A stretch of 64,000 nt of DNA from an uncultured Acidobacteriaceae bacterium (GCA_963754765.1 CAVWHJ010000008.1:53733-117732), one strand, 5' to 3'; counted from the first letter of the stretch, positions 1-11,832 are shown. Notes: a model not told the origin generated them from the letters alone. Numbers and translations are program-made.

Positions 1-70
1 CCTTCTTTGAGGGTCATTAAGTGACGGAGGTCACAAGGGTTGCGCCGGCTGATTCCTCTGCCCTTGTAGG

Positions 71-1724
71 ATGGGATTAATGTCCCGCATGGTTCCCTCT
101 CGTCCGCTTTCGCTTCTTCTGCTGGTCACCGCGCTCTTCACTTTTCTGATTCAGTCGGGCGAGTTGGGAACGGCAGATACAACGCATCGGCTGCAGGTGT
201 CGCACTCTTTCTGGACGGATGAGCCGCAGGTCTTTCCGAATGAGTATCCGGAGTTTGGATTGCACGGGCGCGAGGGTCGGCTGTATGCGTGGTACGGGAT
301 CGGGCAGTCGGTGCTGATGCTGCCGGCGGATCTGGTGGGTTCGGCGATAAGTCATCTGCCGATCTGGAGCGCCTATGCGCGGAGCGACGAGGACCCGACG
401 ATACGGAGCATCGTGGTGAGCATCAGCACGAATGTGTTGATCAGCGTGCTGACGGCGCTGGCAGCGTTTCGGCTGCTTGGGATGCTGGGGTTCTCGACGC
501 GGGAGAGTGTGTGGGGAACGCTGGCGTTGTTGTTGGCGACGACGCATCTGCACTACTCGCAGAATATGGCGGAGAACAACTATATCTTTCTGCTGACGAT
601 CACCGGGTTCGCGCTGCAGTACAAGTGGCTGACGACGGGAGACAGGCGGGCGCTGGTTTGGGGATCGATGGCGCTTGGGCTGAATCTGCTGACGCGGATT
701 ACTACGGCGCTGGATGTGGTGGGAGCGGGGTGCTTTGTTTTGCTGGCTGCGTTGTTTGCGCGGCGCGATGGGTATTTCACGACGCGTGCGTCTTCAGGGA
801 CGGCGAATGCGGGGGTGGCGGATGCGATGCCGGATGGTCGGAGCGTTCGGACTTATCTGATGACGGCTCTTCCGATCTATGGCGTGTTCGTGGTGCTCGA
901 CCGGGTGTATCAGTTTGTGCGGTTTGGGTCGTGGACGAATACGTATGTTGATGTGTTTGCGAGGGAGCAGATGCAGATGAATCCGACGCTGCCGGCAAAC
1001 TTCCCTTTCAATGGCGGGTGGTTTCGGGGAGGGATTGATTCGGGTGTCGTGGGGCCGTTTTTTGCGCCGGCGAAGAGTGTGTTTTTGTTTGATCCGATGT
1101 TTCTGCTTGCGCTGCTGGTGACGTTTTTGTTGTGGAAGCGGTTGACGCCCGCGGTTAGAGCATTTTTTGTGGCGGGGCTGATGCTGCTTGCGGCTTACGT
1201 TGCGTTCTATGCGCGGTACAACTGGTGGGCGGGAGATTTTGCGTGGGGTGATCGGTATATTTCGAGCGCGGTTGAACTGAATACGCTGCTCGCGATTCCG
1301 CTGTTGCTTCGTTATCGGGAGGTTCTGGGGCGAAAGATCTGGGCTCTTGGGCTGGCGATTACAGGGGCGAGCGTGGCGATCCAGTGTGCGTCGCTGGCGT
1401 TCTGGTTGCCGCTGGAGATCTACCAGATGGATGTGCTTGGACGGCACACCCTGGTTGTGTTTTTGCGATTCAAGAATATTGCGGCGTTCGCGCTGGGCAA
1501 GCGCGCAGCGTGGGGCTTGAATACGCCGACGATGTTTGCCGATCCGTGGGATGCGGTGCACATTACTGGCGTGGAATTTTCTGCCGTCGCTGCTGCGGCA
1601 TGTGGGTGCGGCTCCGCTGTGGGCGGTGGATGTGCTGTATGGGGTGTGGTTCGTTGTGGCGGTGGCGCTGGTGTTTGCGTCGGTGAGGCTTGTGCGTAGT
1701 CTCCGTGATGTTGAGGTTCGCTGA
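71..1724 (+). CDS. Polytopic membrane protein, possible GT-C-fold glycosyltransferase (frameshift ~1570)
   Basis: Many hydrophobic helices; WGDRY loop motif; the C-terminus continues in ORF 1536..1724 (WNFLPSLLRH...). The GT-C assignment is inference. Confidence 0.55.
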
Positions 1725-1742
1725 TTCTTCAAGTCATCGGAA

Positions 1743-3556
1743 TTATCGGGCCGAGGTTGCGGGTTCAGGCTCCTCGGGCGTTGCGGGTTCGGCGGTGGGC
1801 TTGCGGAGCAGGTCGATGACGGATTGGTAGAGGCGGTTGCGCATCTCGAAGCGGTCGCCGGCGCGGATGACGTAGCGGACGACGATGTCGACGCCAGATG
1901 CGGCGGGGCGCATGTCGACCGAGGGCGTGGCCTTGAACTGGCTGAGGCCGTTTTGGCTGGTGGCTTCTCTGCCACTCCTGCTCGGCGAGCTTGGAGTCTT
2001 CTTCGCGTTTCTTTGACGACGGTGTCGTGGATGGCCTGGATGGTCTTGGCTGGAGTCGACGCCGGGGGGAATGTTGACGGTGATCTCGTCCCACATCCAT
2101 TGGCCGCTGGTGGAGAAGTTGAAGTACTGGCCGGTGATGGCGAAGTTGTTGATGAAGGTGACGCGGCGGCCGGTGGGATGGCCCTTGTCGGTCCAGTTGC
2201 CGGTTTCGAGGAGGGCGGTGCGGAAGAGGCCGATCTCGACGACCTCGCCGCCGACGCCGTTGATCTCAACCCAGTCGCCGACGCGGATGCCGTTTTTGCC
2301 CATGAGGATGAACCAGCCGAAGAAGGCGAGGATGAAGTCCTGAAAGACGACGGTGAGGCCGGCGGCGCCGAGACCGAGGATGGTGGGGACCTGATTGGGC
2401 GCTCCGAAGACGACGAGCAGGACGAGAATGAGCGTTACGAATTGAATGCCGAGGATGGTGATGGTGCGAAGCGTGTGGAGGCGGCGGCGGTCGGTGGTGA
2501 CGCGATCGAGGAGAGCGCGGGCCGCATAGGCGAGGAGGACGCCGCAGAGGACGAAGAATGCGATCCAGGAGAGCGACTGAAGCGCGAGATGGTGACGATG
2601 CTGTGCTGGAGCTTCACCTGGGCGTGCCACTTGGCGTAGACGGCGGAGAGCTGCTTCTGGGTGTCGAGCTGGTCCTCGACGATGCTGTGCATCTGTGCGA
2701 AGGCGTGGGCCTGGTCCATGCGGGCTACCCGACTTCTGACGTCTGATGTTGCGGCGTCGGGCTGGGTGCTGGCGGACGCAGAGGCAGCAGCGGCCTGCTT
2801 TTCGATCTCGGCGTGTTTTGCGGTGAGCGTGGCGACGTCGGCGTCGGTTTCGTCCTTGGCCTGCTGGATGAGAGCCATGCGGCTGCGCTGATCGAACCAG
2901 GCGGAGACGCGGCCGGCGAGTGTGCCGTAGCGCTTTGTCGAGATGATGGCGATCTGGCCGCCGCTGGCCTGGGAGTCGTACTTCTTCATGGCGGCTTGGC
3001 GCGCGGTGAGTTCCTGCTGGATCTGAGCGCGATTGTCGCCACTGACGCGGGCGAGCTGTTCGTTGGCATCGTCGAGTTCGTCGTTGTCGAGTTGGAGCTG
3101 GGCCTTGGCGACGTCGAGATCGTCGGAGTCGGCGATGGTGCCGTTGGGTTGCTTGAGGGAGGCGGTGAGGGCGTCGACGTGGGCCTGGTCATCTTTGACG
3201 ACGTCCTGGAGCTGCTTGGCCTTCTGCTGGATGGCGAGAGCGTCGCCGGTGAGGGTACGCTGCTTAAGGGCGGCCTGGCGAAGAGCGAGGGCGAAGGCCT
3301 GATCTACTTCGTGGTCGGCGAGTCGCTCGGCTTCGCGTGCGAGGGATTGCTCTTCGGAAGAGACGGCGAGTGGGGCGAGGGACTCGATGGTCTGCCATGG
3401 GCGCTGATCGACGAGCGTGTTCGGGGCCGACGCGCCGCCTTTGCCTCGGAGGAAGGGCATATGACTCATGGAACCGCGGGTCAACAAGACGCCGGCGAGG
3501 CAGAGAACGAGGAGGGCTGCGGGTACTACGATGGCCAAGTTGCGAAGAACCTTCAT
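1743..3556 (-). CDS. Mechanosensitive ion channel (MscS family) with long N-terminal coiled-coil region; frameshifted
   Basis: IRVGDWVEINGVGGEVVEIGLFRT MscS core in ORF 1743..2630; signal/TM plus Ala/Gln/Asp-rich helical region in ORF 2435..3556. Confidence 0.85.
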
Positions 3557-3773
3557 GGTTCAACCCTACACGGTCGGGGACGGGGTTTCAAAGGCTAAAG
3601 CAGAGATTTTGAGCGGGTTCGGAGGGGTTGCCTCGTGCATCCCTGAAACGTCTTTGAATGTGGGCTAGTTAGGAGGTTTCGTTTCGTAACCTGAAATTAA
3701 TTTTTGGCGCGTGGCTTCAGCGGTACCTTTCCGTTATACCAACGTTTGTTCTCTCGGCGATGCAGGAGATCCC

Positions 3774-4130
3774 GTGGCTCAGACACCAGATGTTTCGTTT
3801 CATTGCGAGGTTGAGAAGTCGGTTGAAGATGGAGTCAACGTAACCACGGTGCGGTGCCATGGGCGGTTGGTTCACCAGACGGCTGGAGAGGTGAAGGATA
3901 TTGTGAAGCCGTTGATCGCGCAGGGAGGGTCGATTGTAATCGACCTGAAGGACGTGACGTTTCTGGACAGCCTGGGACTGGGCACGCTGGTGGGGCTCAA
4001 GGTGTCAGCGATCAATGAAGGGTATTGCACGCTGACGCTTGAGAATATCTCGCCGCGGATTCAGGAACTGCTTCGGTTGACGAATCTGACGAAACTGTTT
4101 TCGTCGAACCACGCAGGGCCTGTTGCTTAG
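3774..4130 (+). CDS. STAS-domain anti-sigma factor antagonist
   Basis: IDLKDVTFLDSLGLGTL motif; GGAG RBS before GTG at 3774. Confidence 0.85.
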   Translation: MAQTPDVSFHCEVEKSVEDGVNVTTVRCHGRLVHQTAGEVKDIVKPLIAQGGSIVIDLKDVTFLDSLGLGTLVGLKVSAINEGYCTLTLENISPRIQELLRLTNLTKLFSSNHAGPVA

Positions 4131-5018
4131 AGGTGCTGCTTGAGGAAACGCAGGATCTGCGGGTACAACTGGCGGTGAAATTGCTCGCGGTCGAAGCCTG
4201 GTGGATCCTGCGAGGGAGCAAACTGCGGGCTGATGCGTGACGGTGGGAACTGGGCAAGGAATGAAAAGTGTCCTGCGTTCGGGATGATGTGGTGTTCGAG
4301 AAATGTCGTCTCGGGAAGGCCCCGCTGTAGGATTTCGGCGTGAAAGGGTGGAGTGATCTCGTCTCGCTCGCCGGTCAACATGAGGATGGGTGTGTCGACA
4401 TCGTCGAGAGCGTTGCTCTTTCTGAGCCAGCCTGTTGCGGGGGCGAGGAGGACTAAGGCTTTGACGCGGGCGTCTTTGAAGGATTGGGATGGTGAGCAGT
4501 CTTCGGTGCTTTCGGGCTTCTCGGTTTTCTCATGAGGGAAGGCGGTGAAGCGCCCGCCGGCGCAGGCGAGTGCCGTGTAGCCGCCTATGGAGTGGCCGAT
4601 GATCGCGACATCGTTGGGGCGAAGATGTTCGACGAAGATTCCTTCGTTGGAGATGAAGTCGATGACGAGTCGCAGTTGTCGCGGACGCTCTGCGAGGAGG
4701 CGTTCGGTGTTGGCGAGTTCGTTGTTGTTGCGGTTGTTGCCGGAGTGCTCCGGGCAGACGACGATGAAGCTATTTCGAGCCAGGTGCGCGGCGAGGTTGC
4801 GATAGAGCAGATGGGAACCGCCGCCACCGTGCGAGATGACGACGAGGGGAAATCTTCCGGGTGCGAAGTCGCCGTTCGATGCGGCTTGGAGGGTGAACTC
4901 GCCGAACTTCTGTTCGGTCTCGGGCGATGTGCTGCGGATAGAGCAGGAGGGATGGGAAGTGCGTTTTGGATTGCTCGTCGCTGATTGAAAGCGTGCTGCA
5001 TCCGCAGGTGAATTCCAT
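4127..5018 (-). CDS. Alpha/beta hydrolase (dienelactone hydrolase-like); frameshifted
   Basis: Manual translation gives the nucleophile elbow IIGHSIGGYTAL (~4570-4610); GERDEITP and AGHFSF supply candidate Asp/His. Confidence 0.75.
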
Positions 5019-5070
5019 CTTTCGAAGCATAACTGATTTCGGGATTCGCGGCTGGATGTAGGATTCAGGA

Positions 5071-5934
5071 GTGGAGAGAGCGGTGGGTGGTGCGAGGATC
5101 ATTGCGGTGATACGGAGACAGCCGCTGGCTGCGGCTGGAGTGTCGCTGCTGGTGGTGTTTGTGTTGTGCGCGGTGTTTGCGCCGTGGCTGGCTCCGCAGG
5201 ATCCGGCGCAGTTGGATCTGACGGGGAGGTTGGCGGGGCCTTCGTGGGCGCACTGGTTTGGGACCGATGAGCTGGGGAGGGATATTCTTTCGCGCACGTT
5301 GTTTGGGGCGAGGATTTCGTTGATTGTTGCGGTGAGTGTGGTGGGGCTTTCGCTGGCGGTGGGGTTGGTGGCGGGTGGACTGGCGGGATTCTATGGTGGG
5401 TGGACCGATACGGTTGTGAACGTTTACGTGACGAATGCGTTTATGGCGCTGCCGGGAATTCTGCTGGCGATTGCGTTTGTCGCGTTCATGGGGCCGGGGC
5501 TGGGGAATGTGATTCTGGCGCTGGCGATCTCGGGGTGGGTGGGGTATGCGCGGCTGGTAAGGGCGCAGGTGATGGCGGTAAAGGAGCGCGAGTTTGTGGA
5601 GGCGGCGCGGGCGCTGGGGGCGAGCGATCTGCGCGTGATGACGCGGCATATTCTGCCGAATATTCTGCAGCCGCTGATTGTGCAGGCGGCGATTGGCATG
5701 GCGGGGGCTGTGCTGGCGGAGGCGACGCTGAGCTTTCTTGGGCTGGGAGTTCCTCCGCCGGCGGCTAGCTGGGGATCGATGTTGAATGATGCGCGGTCGC
5801 ATCTTTTTGACTCGCCGCATCTGGTGTTCTTTCCGGCGGTGGCGGTGATGCTTTGTGTGCTGTCGTTTAATTTTATTGGGGATGCGTTGAGGGATTGGAT
5901 GGACCCGCGGACGCGGATGAGTGCGGGGCTTTAG
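5071..5934 (+). CDS. Peptide/nickel ABC transporter permease (DppC/OppC type)
   Basis: HWFGTDELGRDILSR and EFVEAARALGAS EAA motif. Confidence 0.92.
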   Translation: MERAVGGARIIAVIRRQPLAAAGVSLLVVFVLCAVFAPWLAPQDPAQLDLTGRLAGPSWAHWFGTDELGRDILSRTLFGARISLIVAVSVVGLSLAVGLVAGGLAGFYGGWTDTVVNVYVTNAFMALPGILLAIAFVAFMGPGLGNVILALAISGWVGYARLVRAQVMAVKEREFVEAARALGASDLRVMTRHILPNILQPLIVQAAIGMAGAVLAEATLSFLGLGVPPPAASWGSMLNDARSHLFDSPHLVFFPAVAVMLCVLSFNFIGDALRDWMDPRTRMSAGL

Positions 5935-5943
5935 CGAAGGCGT

Positions 5944-5983
5944 AACAGTGATAAGAGGGATAAAGGCTGATAAGAGATCTGAT
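5944..5983. repeat. Short degenerate 9-12 bp tandem repeat ending in GAT
   Basis: aacagtgat/aagagggat/aaaggctgat/aagagatctgat between convergent genes. Confidence 0.4.
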
Positions 5984-6016
5984 CGTGTTTTTTCTCGAGC
6001 CTTTTGAGAATAAAAG

Positions 6017-6619
6017 CTACGTTGATCTTGGAAGGTTGAAGCGGAGAGCGGTCAGCTCTGTCGAGACGGAGGCTACCTTCGTGTCCATGAAGCCGAGGTC
6101 GCGCAGGGTGGTGCGGATGGCGGATTCGTTGATTGGGTGGCCGGGGCCTTTGCGGTAGACGAACCAGATGGGAACTCCGCGGGCGAGTTGTTTCTTTGCG
6201 TCGCGCAGGGCGGTGGAGAGGCTTTCAATCGTATCGACACAGGCGATGATCAGGTCGGGGTTCTCTGCTCGGATTTGTGCGGCTGACGTGAGGGCGGAAT
6301 CGAGCGCTCGATCGGAGACGGGGCCGATGGTGCGAACGATTTTGTTGGTAATTCCAAGTTTGTCGGCGAGCGAGGGAGGCGAGTGACTTGATTTTTTTCG
6401 CCCAGCTCTTCGCTGCAGCGGCCCCGAGATCGAGCCGCACGGGACCAGCGTCGACGTTGAAGCAGAGGGACTCGGACTCGACCCTGAATGGTGAAGCGCG
6501 TGAAGCGGAGCGCGCAGATGGATGTCTCCGCGAAGGATGAGTTCCTGGGTTTCGAGGAGGGCCTTTACTTTAGCGGTGGTGTCGCCCATGGTGCATTCGC
6601 AGATCGCTTCGCGTCCCAT
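6017..6619 (-). CDS. Hypothetical protein (DUF3052-like C-terminus); probably frameshifted
   Basis: IWFVYRKG...GFMDTKVASVS...ALRF pattern; the middle of the ORF appears to be out of frame. Confidence 0.6.
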   Translation of the reverse strand: MGREAICECTMGDTTAKVKALLETQELILRGDIHLRAPLHALHHSGSSPSPSASTSTLVPCGSISGPLQRRAGRKKSSHSPPSLADKLGITNKIVRTIGPVSDRALDSALTSAAQIRAENPDLIIACVDTIESLSTALRDAKKQLARGVPIWFVYRKGPGHPINESAIRTTLRDLGFMDTKVASVSTELTALRFNLPRST

Positions 6620-7158
6620 CAGTGGCCTCCGGATTCTTCTGCTGCGGTCTTCAGGTTGGCGAGACCGGTTTCGAAGTGTTTGCCCATGAAGCGATCAGCG
6701 TTCGTGAAGACGCTCATGAGTTTCATCATGAAAACATTTGTTCCCTGCATGGTCCAGGTGACGATGGTTGATTCGCCTTGCGGTTCGAGGGTGAACTCAT
6801 TGAGGTTGTGGGCTTGAAACGGCTTGACCCAATCGACCATGACGGAGACGTTGGTCGGTGGGACGGATTTCGTGATCGACATGTGTCCCGTGCCGGTGTT
6901 TCCGGAGCCGGACCAGTCGGAGACGGCGCCCTCGCCGCCTGAGGAGCCGCTGTATGTTCTCTTGATGGTGGGGTCTTCCCTGTCCTGAGGCGCCCAGCGA
7001 GGCCAGTTGTGAAAGTCATTGATGAGCGGGAAGATTTTCTCAGGGCCAGCATTGATTGTGATTGAACGCTGGATGCGGATGGTGTCCGGTTTGGTCGCGG
7101 CGAAGAGGAGAACAGCGATGATCAGGGCGGAGATGACGAGGAGGAGTCTGAAGAGCAT
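6619..7158 (-). CDS. SRPBCC (START/polyketide cyclase) family protein
   Basis: IQRSITINAGPEKIFPLINDFHNWPRW...FETGLANLK. Confidence 0.85.
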   Translation of the reverse strand: MLFRLLLVISALIIAVLLFAATKPDTIRIQRSITINAGPEKIFPLINDFHNWPRWAPQDREDPTIKRTYSGSSGGEGAVSDWSGSGNTGTGHMSITKSVPPTNVSVMVDWVKPFQAHNLNEFTLEPQGESTIVTWTMQGTNVFMMKLMSVFTNADRFMGKHFETGLANLKTAAEESGGH

Positions 7159-7292
7159 TAGCCGCTCCCGTGTTGGTGATTCTCCGTATTGTTCCCGATT
7201 GGGCGTTCGCTGGCAACAGGTTGCAGATGGGGGGTCAAGCGGGGCGCTGGGTTATCGGATATGCTTGGCGATGGACGTGTGAGGTAGATTAC

Positions 7293-7772
7293 ATGCGCAA
7301 GAGTATCGTTTCGCCTTCGGCTGTGGCACAAACTCCAATCAGCGATCTATGGCGTGAGCTGGAGCGGATTGCACGGGTGGAGATCAGTTCCGAGGATCCG
7401 CAGTTTCCGATTGAGCATGCGCTGGGTAAGAAAGTAACGACCGGATGGCGTGCGGAGGCGACGGGGCCGCAGTTGATTCGTCTGCACTTCGATGAGCCGC
7501 TGAACATCAAGCGGTTGCAGCTCCACTTCGTCGACAAGGCGGCGGAGCGGTCGCAGGAGTTTGCGGTGTATGCCGGTGCGGGCTCGGAGCTGAAGGAAGT
7601 TGTGCGGCAGCAGTGGAGCTTCAGCCCGCATGGTTCGACCGAGGAGCTTGAAGACTACACGGTGAACCTGAGCGGGATTACGACGCTGGAGTTGCGGATC
7701 GATCCGGACCGCAGCCATGATCCGAAGCAGAGCCAACACTATGCTTCGCTGCAGAGCCTGAAGCTGGCGTAA
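7293..7772 (+). CDS. Hypothetical protein, galactose-binding/DOC-like beta-sandwich
   Basis: GAGG RBS before ATG; VEISSED..PIEHAL..GWRA..GPQLIRLHFDEP pattern. Confidence 0.55.
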   Translation: MRKSIVSPSAVAQTPISDLWRELERIARVEISSEDPQFPIEHALGKKVTTGWRAEATGPQLIRLHFDEPLNIKRLQLHFVDKAAERSQEFAVYAGAGSELKEVVRQQWSFSPHGSTEELEDYTVNLSGITTLELRIDPDRSHDPKQSQHYASLQSLKLA

Positions 7773-7778
7773 CGCGCT

Positions 7779-8237
7779 ATGTTGATCGGGGTGATTTCGG
7801 ATACGCATGGGTTGTTGCGGCCGGAGGCTTTGGCTGCGCTGCGTGGTGTTGAGCATATTCTGCATGCCGGGGATGTGGGGGATATTGCGATCCTCGATGC
7901 GCTGCGGGAGATTGCGCCGGTGACGGCGATTCGCGGGAATGTGGATGTTGAGGGTGCTTGTGCGGAGTTGCCTGCTACGGATGTGGTGGAGTTAGGTGGG
8001 CAGCTGTTTTATCTGGTGCACTCGGTGCATGATCTGGATATCAATCCTGTGGCGGCTGGGGTGTCGGTAGTGGTGAGTGGGCACTCGCATAAGGCTTCGG
8101 TGGAGATGCAGGGTGGGGTTTTGTACTTCAATCCGGGGAGCGCGGGGCCGCGGAGGTTTTCGTTGCCGGTGACGGTGGGATTTGTGACGGTGGAGGATGG
8201 GGTGGAGGCTAGTGTGATGGAGTTGGTGGTGGCGTAA
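7779..8237 (+). CDS. Metallophosphoesterase (YfcE-like)
   Basis: SDTH, HAGD, RGNVD, GHSH and NPGS motifs. Confidence 0.9.
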   Translation: MLIGVISDTHGLLRPEALAALRGVEHILHAGDVGDIAILDALREIAPVTAIRGNVDVEGACAELPATDVVELGGQLFYLVHSVHDLDINPVAAGVSVVVSGHSHKASVEMQGGVLYFNPGSAGPRRFSLPVTVGFVTVEDGVEASVMELVVA

Positions 8238-8330
8238 AGGTTGCCCCGATGTCCGAACTTTCCGATCCCCGCCCTATGACAACCCGCAGCTCTTCTTCAG
8301 GACTCTAAATGGCAAATAGAGGAGGGATTT

Positions 8331-8749
8331 ATGTCCCCATTAAAATTGAAATTGCTTGCTTGCCCAGTTCTGATTCTTGCGTCCATGACAACGATGGCCT
8401 TCGCGCAGGACGACTGGTACCACGATCGGGATGCACGCTACCAGGGCGACCAGTGGCGGGGCCAGGTCTTCGCTCAGGTCAGGTCGGATCTTGACCATAT
8501 CTGGAGTGCTCAAGGCGCGAGCGAAAAGGAAAATACGCGGCTTGAGAAGACCAAGGAAGAACTCACCAAAATGCAGGCTGACCTTGATCAGGGGCGTTTC
8601 GACAACGGCCTTCTGAACGACGTCATTGATTCGATCAAAAAATCGTCTGACGATCGAGCGACTGGTCGCCTCGCGATCGCGCTGTGTTGAGCGACGATCT
8701 CACCCGGCTCCACGACTACCAGGTCAATCACAACCACTGGAAAAATTAG
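8331..8749 (+). CDS. Secreted hypothetical helical protein (frameshift ~8660)
   Basis: Strong GGAGG RBS; signal peptide ending AFA-Q; C-terminus LSDDLTRLHDYQVNHNHWKN* lies in another frame. Confidence 0.6.
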
Positions 8750-8772
8750 TCGCGGCCAGTTTGCGGCGCGTA

Positions 8773-9840
8773 TCAGCCTTTGCTGCGGTCGGTGAAGCGG
8801 AAGAAGAGGGACTGTTGGCTACGGGGGCGGCGAGTTCGTTGAGCGCCGCCATCTGTGCGTTGGAGAGCGGCGTGAAGTCGCGGGCGATCTTGACGTTTTC
8901 TTCGAGCTGGGCGATGTTGTCGCAGCCGATGATGACCGTGCTGACGGGATGGGTGAGCGTGAAGTGCATCGCGTCTCTGCATGGTCATGACGCCGGGGCG
9001 AGTGGCGATGGCTGAGCCCTCCCAGGAGTGGCGCTGGGCGTCGAGCGACGGCGGAGTCCATGAGGCGAGGAGACGGCCGCGCGAGGGGACCTTCATGCCG
9101 ATGATGCCCATCTGCTTTTCGACGACGAGCGGGAGGAGCTTGTCGGTGAAGCTGTGGATGTGGGTGTCGGCGGCGTTCATCGCCATGAGGATGGTGTCGA
9201 AGTTGTAGCGGTTGACGGCGTCGATGAGGGCTTCGGGGCGGTAGTGGCCGGTGACTCCGAGGAAGCGCACGACCTTCTGGTTCTGCATCTCGATGAGGGC
9301 TTCCATCGCTCCGCCCTTGGCGAAGATGGCGTCGACGTCTTCGGGCAGGCCGACGTCGTGGAGTTGCCAGAGATCGACGTGGTCGGTGTTGAGGAGTTGG
9401 AGGGACTTTTCGATCATGCGGAGGGAGCCGTCGCGGGTGCGCTCCTTGGTCTTGGTGGCGAGGAAGGCGTCGTTGCGGCGGGTCTTCATGACGCGGCCGA
9501 CGTACTGCTCGCTCCAGCGCTCGGGTCCGCCGTAGATGGAGGAGGTGTCGATGTAGTTGACGCCGAGATCGAGTGCGCGCTCGATGATGGGAACGGCGAC
9601 GTCGAAGTTGTTGGCTTTCTCGAGTGCGGCCTGGCCGCCGAGCGAGAAGATGCCGACCTTGTAGCCGGTCTTGCCGAGATTGCGCGTGGGCATCGCGGTG
9701 CGGGTGTTGGGGTTGGCGGGGAGAGGCGGGAGGGTAGCGGGGTGCAGCGGCGTTTGCGCCGGTGGTCAGCAGAGCCGCGGCGGCGACTCCTCCGGTTTTG
9801 AGAAAGGTGCGGCGGGTGGAAGGAGAGCGCTACGCTTCAT
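8773..9840 (-). CDS. Aldo/keto reductase with twin-arginine-like N-terminus; frameshifted
   Basis: GVNYIDTSSIYG, FLATK, DHVDLWQLH; upstream frame reads TRRTFLKTGGVAAAALLT. Confidence 0.85.
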
Positions 9841-9954
9841 TAAGACACCTCGAGATTCTTAGGAGCGGTCAAAAGCTCTCCGCGGACAGTTTAGCTTGTC
9901 GAGGATGCTGTTGCGCGACATGCAGTGCGGCGGATTGCCGCTGCGAACTTTCTC

Positions 9955-10944
9955 TCAGAATAATTTCGTAGAATGCCGCATGAGTAATAAATTTCTTCTC
10001 CATGTTGAGTCTCCACGGAAACCGGCATGGCCATGCTCCATAGCCGGCTTGAATCTGTACTTGTTGACCGCCTCGATCGCTTCCTCGTCGAGACCGTAAC
10101 CCGATTCCGCGCACAACGCGCACATTCGTTGGAATGCCATTCTGAGTCAACCATCAGGTTGACCAACACATTGCCGCGATCTTCTTGTTCGCCTCGCTAA
10201 CTGGGAGTACTGAGGTTCAACACTGTGGATGAGCACGGGTGCGGACACGTCACCACCGATACGTCGGAGAGCGCGATCGTCCCTGATAGAGAAGCCCGCG
10301 GGGATGGAGAAGATCTTTGGGTCGGGCTCTTCACGCGAGGTGATCGCTAGATGAAGATCTACTACTTCGCCATGCGGATACTTGCGGAGTTCGGACAGAT
10401 CGACTTTGAGATCTGCGGAGCGCCAAAGTTCGACGATCGAAGGCTCTTCCTTCTCCAAAGGTTGGGAAAGGTCCAGAGCCTTGGGAAGTGGAGTTTGAGT
10501 GATCCGGTGCCAGTCACGGTGAGGCCGTCGATGACCTGCGATCCGAGGTCTTCCTTCACTGTGTTCGCGGTGACGGGAGCCGTTTTAGCAACTGTCGCTG
10601 CGGGGAAGGCAGTGAGCCGTGCAAACATGTCGTGGCGAGAACGCAATCAGTGGTGATGCCTGCGACTGGGTCCCGCAGTGTGATACGCAGGAGAGTGGTT
10701 TGCGGATCACTGAGTCGACGGTGAAGCTGTGGCCCTCGCGATAGGTGCGCCCCTGGCTGTCGCGGGCAACCGTTCCAACGAGTCGGCTGGTAACTGTCTT
10801 ATCGCTGACCTGATGGGTCCAGACGATCGTTTCCTGGCCTGTGAAGGGCATACCAGGAAGCGCAGAGATCGCAACGCCACTGAAATTCTGGGCGTGCAGG
10901 GCTGTCGAGAGGATTAGAAGTAGGAAAAGAGTGCAGCGTCGCAT
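9955..10944 (-). CDS. Exported protein with TonB C-terminal domain; heavily frameshifted, 3' end approximate
   Basis: Signal peptide; GGDVSAPVLIHSVEPQYS and GYGLDEEAIEAVNKYRFKPA fragments in different frames. Confidence 0.7.
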
Positions 10945-11033
10945 ACGGGAGCCTTGGGTCTCTTCATGGCTACCGCAGGATCATAGCACTCGTAGATCGC
11001 TATGCCGTGGAAAGAGAACAAGCAAAGGCAAAT

Positions 11034-11086
11034 GCAGGGATCCTTCACTGCACGTTCGACTACCGACTCGCAGCGGTCAGGATGAC
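11034..11086. repeat. REP-like imperfect palindrome
   Basis: ATCCT..CTGC...GCAG..AGGAT stem ending in CAGGATGAC; intergenic; single copy in the window. Confidence 0.5.
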
Positions 11087-11133
11087 GACGAAAAGCAACG
11101 GAACGGCGAACTAATGCGCGAGCTGCCGTGGAG

Positions 11134-11812
11134 TTAGTTGTCGAAGCGGACGGTGTTGAGGATGGATTGCATGCGTTTGCGGACGTCGTCGAGTTCGCGT
11201 TCGGTGATGTCCTGGACGCCGCTGACGTCGCCGCCGCAGAAGTTGTTGATGACGGCGTCGAAGCGGTAGCAGGCGTCGTTGCGTGCGGTGGTGTAGATCT
11301 CGTCGCGGGATTCGGTGCAGATGCCGCCGTGCTCGTCGTAGCCATGTGTGAAGGGGATGCCGGCGATCTGGATGGTGCCGGCGGTGTGCGGCGCGCGGGC
11401 GGAGGCCTGCGCGGCGCACTGATTGGCGGTGACGTGGGGGGTGACGCTGAAGTAGAAGAGGGCTCCGCTGAAGGTGGAGTAGGGGTGGGGGTTGAAGCTG
11501 ATGGTGGCGACGGCGCGGAGCTGGGCGGTGTGGGCGGCGTTGCGGGCGTCGAGGTTGAAGGTGCTGACTTCGCCGTCCTTGTGGGTGATGTTCCAGGCGG
11601 CGGAATGGTGAAGGAGACGCCGTAGCGGGAGTCGTGGAAGGGACGCGCCGGGGGGGTGTTGGGTTCGGGGGCCGGAGGCTTGCCCTGGAGGAGGGGTGGA
11701 ACGGCTTCGGGCTTGCCGGGAATTGGGCTGCGGCGTAGATTGCGCGAGGGCAGGCAGAGCTGTCAGCAGGGCGACGAGCGGCGGAGCGGGTGAGAATCTT
11801 GGGGGGTTTCAT
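11134..11812 (-). CDS. Hypothetical, probably exported, Cys-containing protein; frameshifted
   Basis: Manual frame gives IAGIPFTHGYDEHGGICTESRDEIYTTARNDACYRFDAVINNFCGG...ILNTVRFDN*; GGAAG RBS before the ATG at 11812. Confidence 0.55.
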
Positions 11813-11832
11813 GCTTCCTTTTCCGGCGGCGG

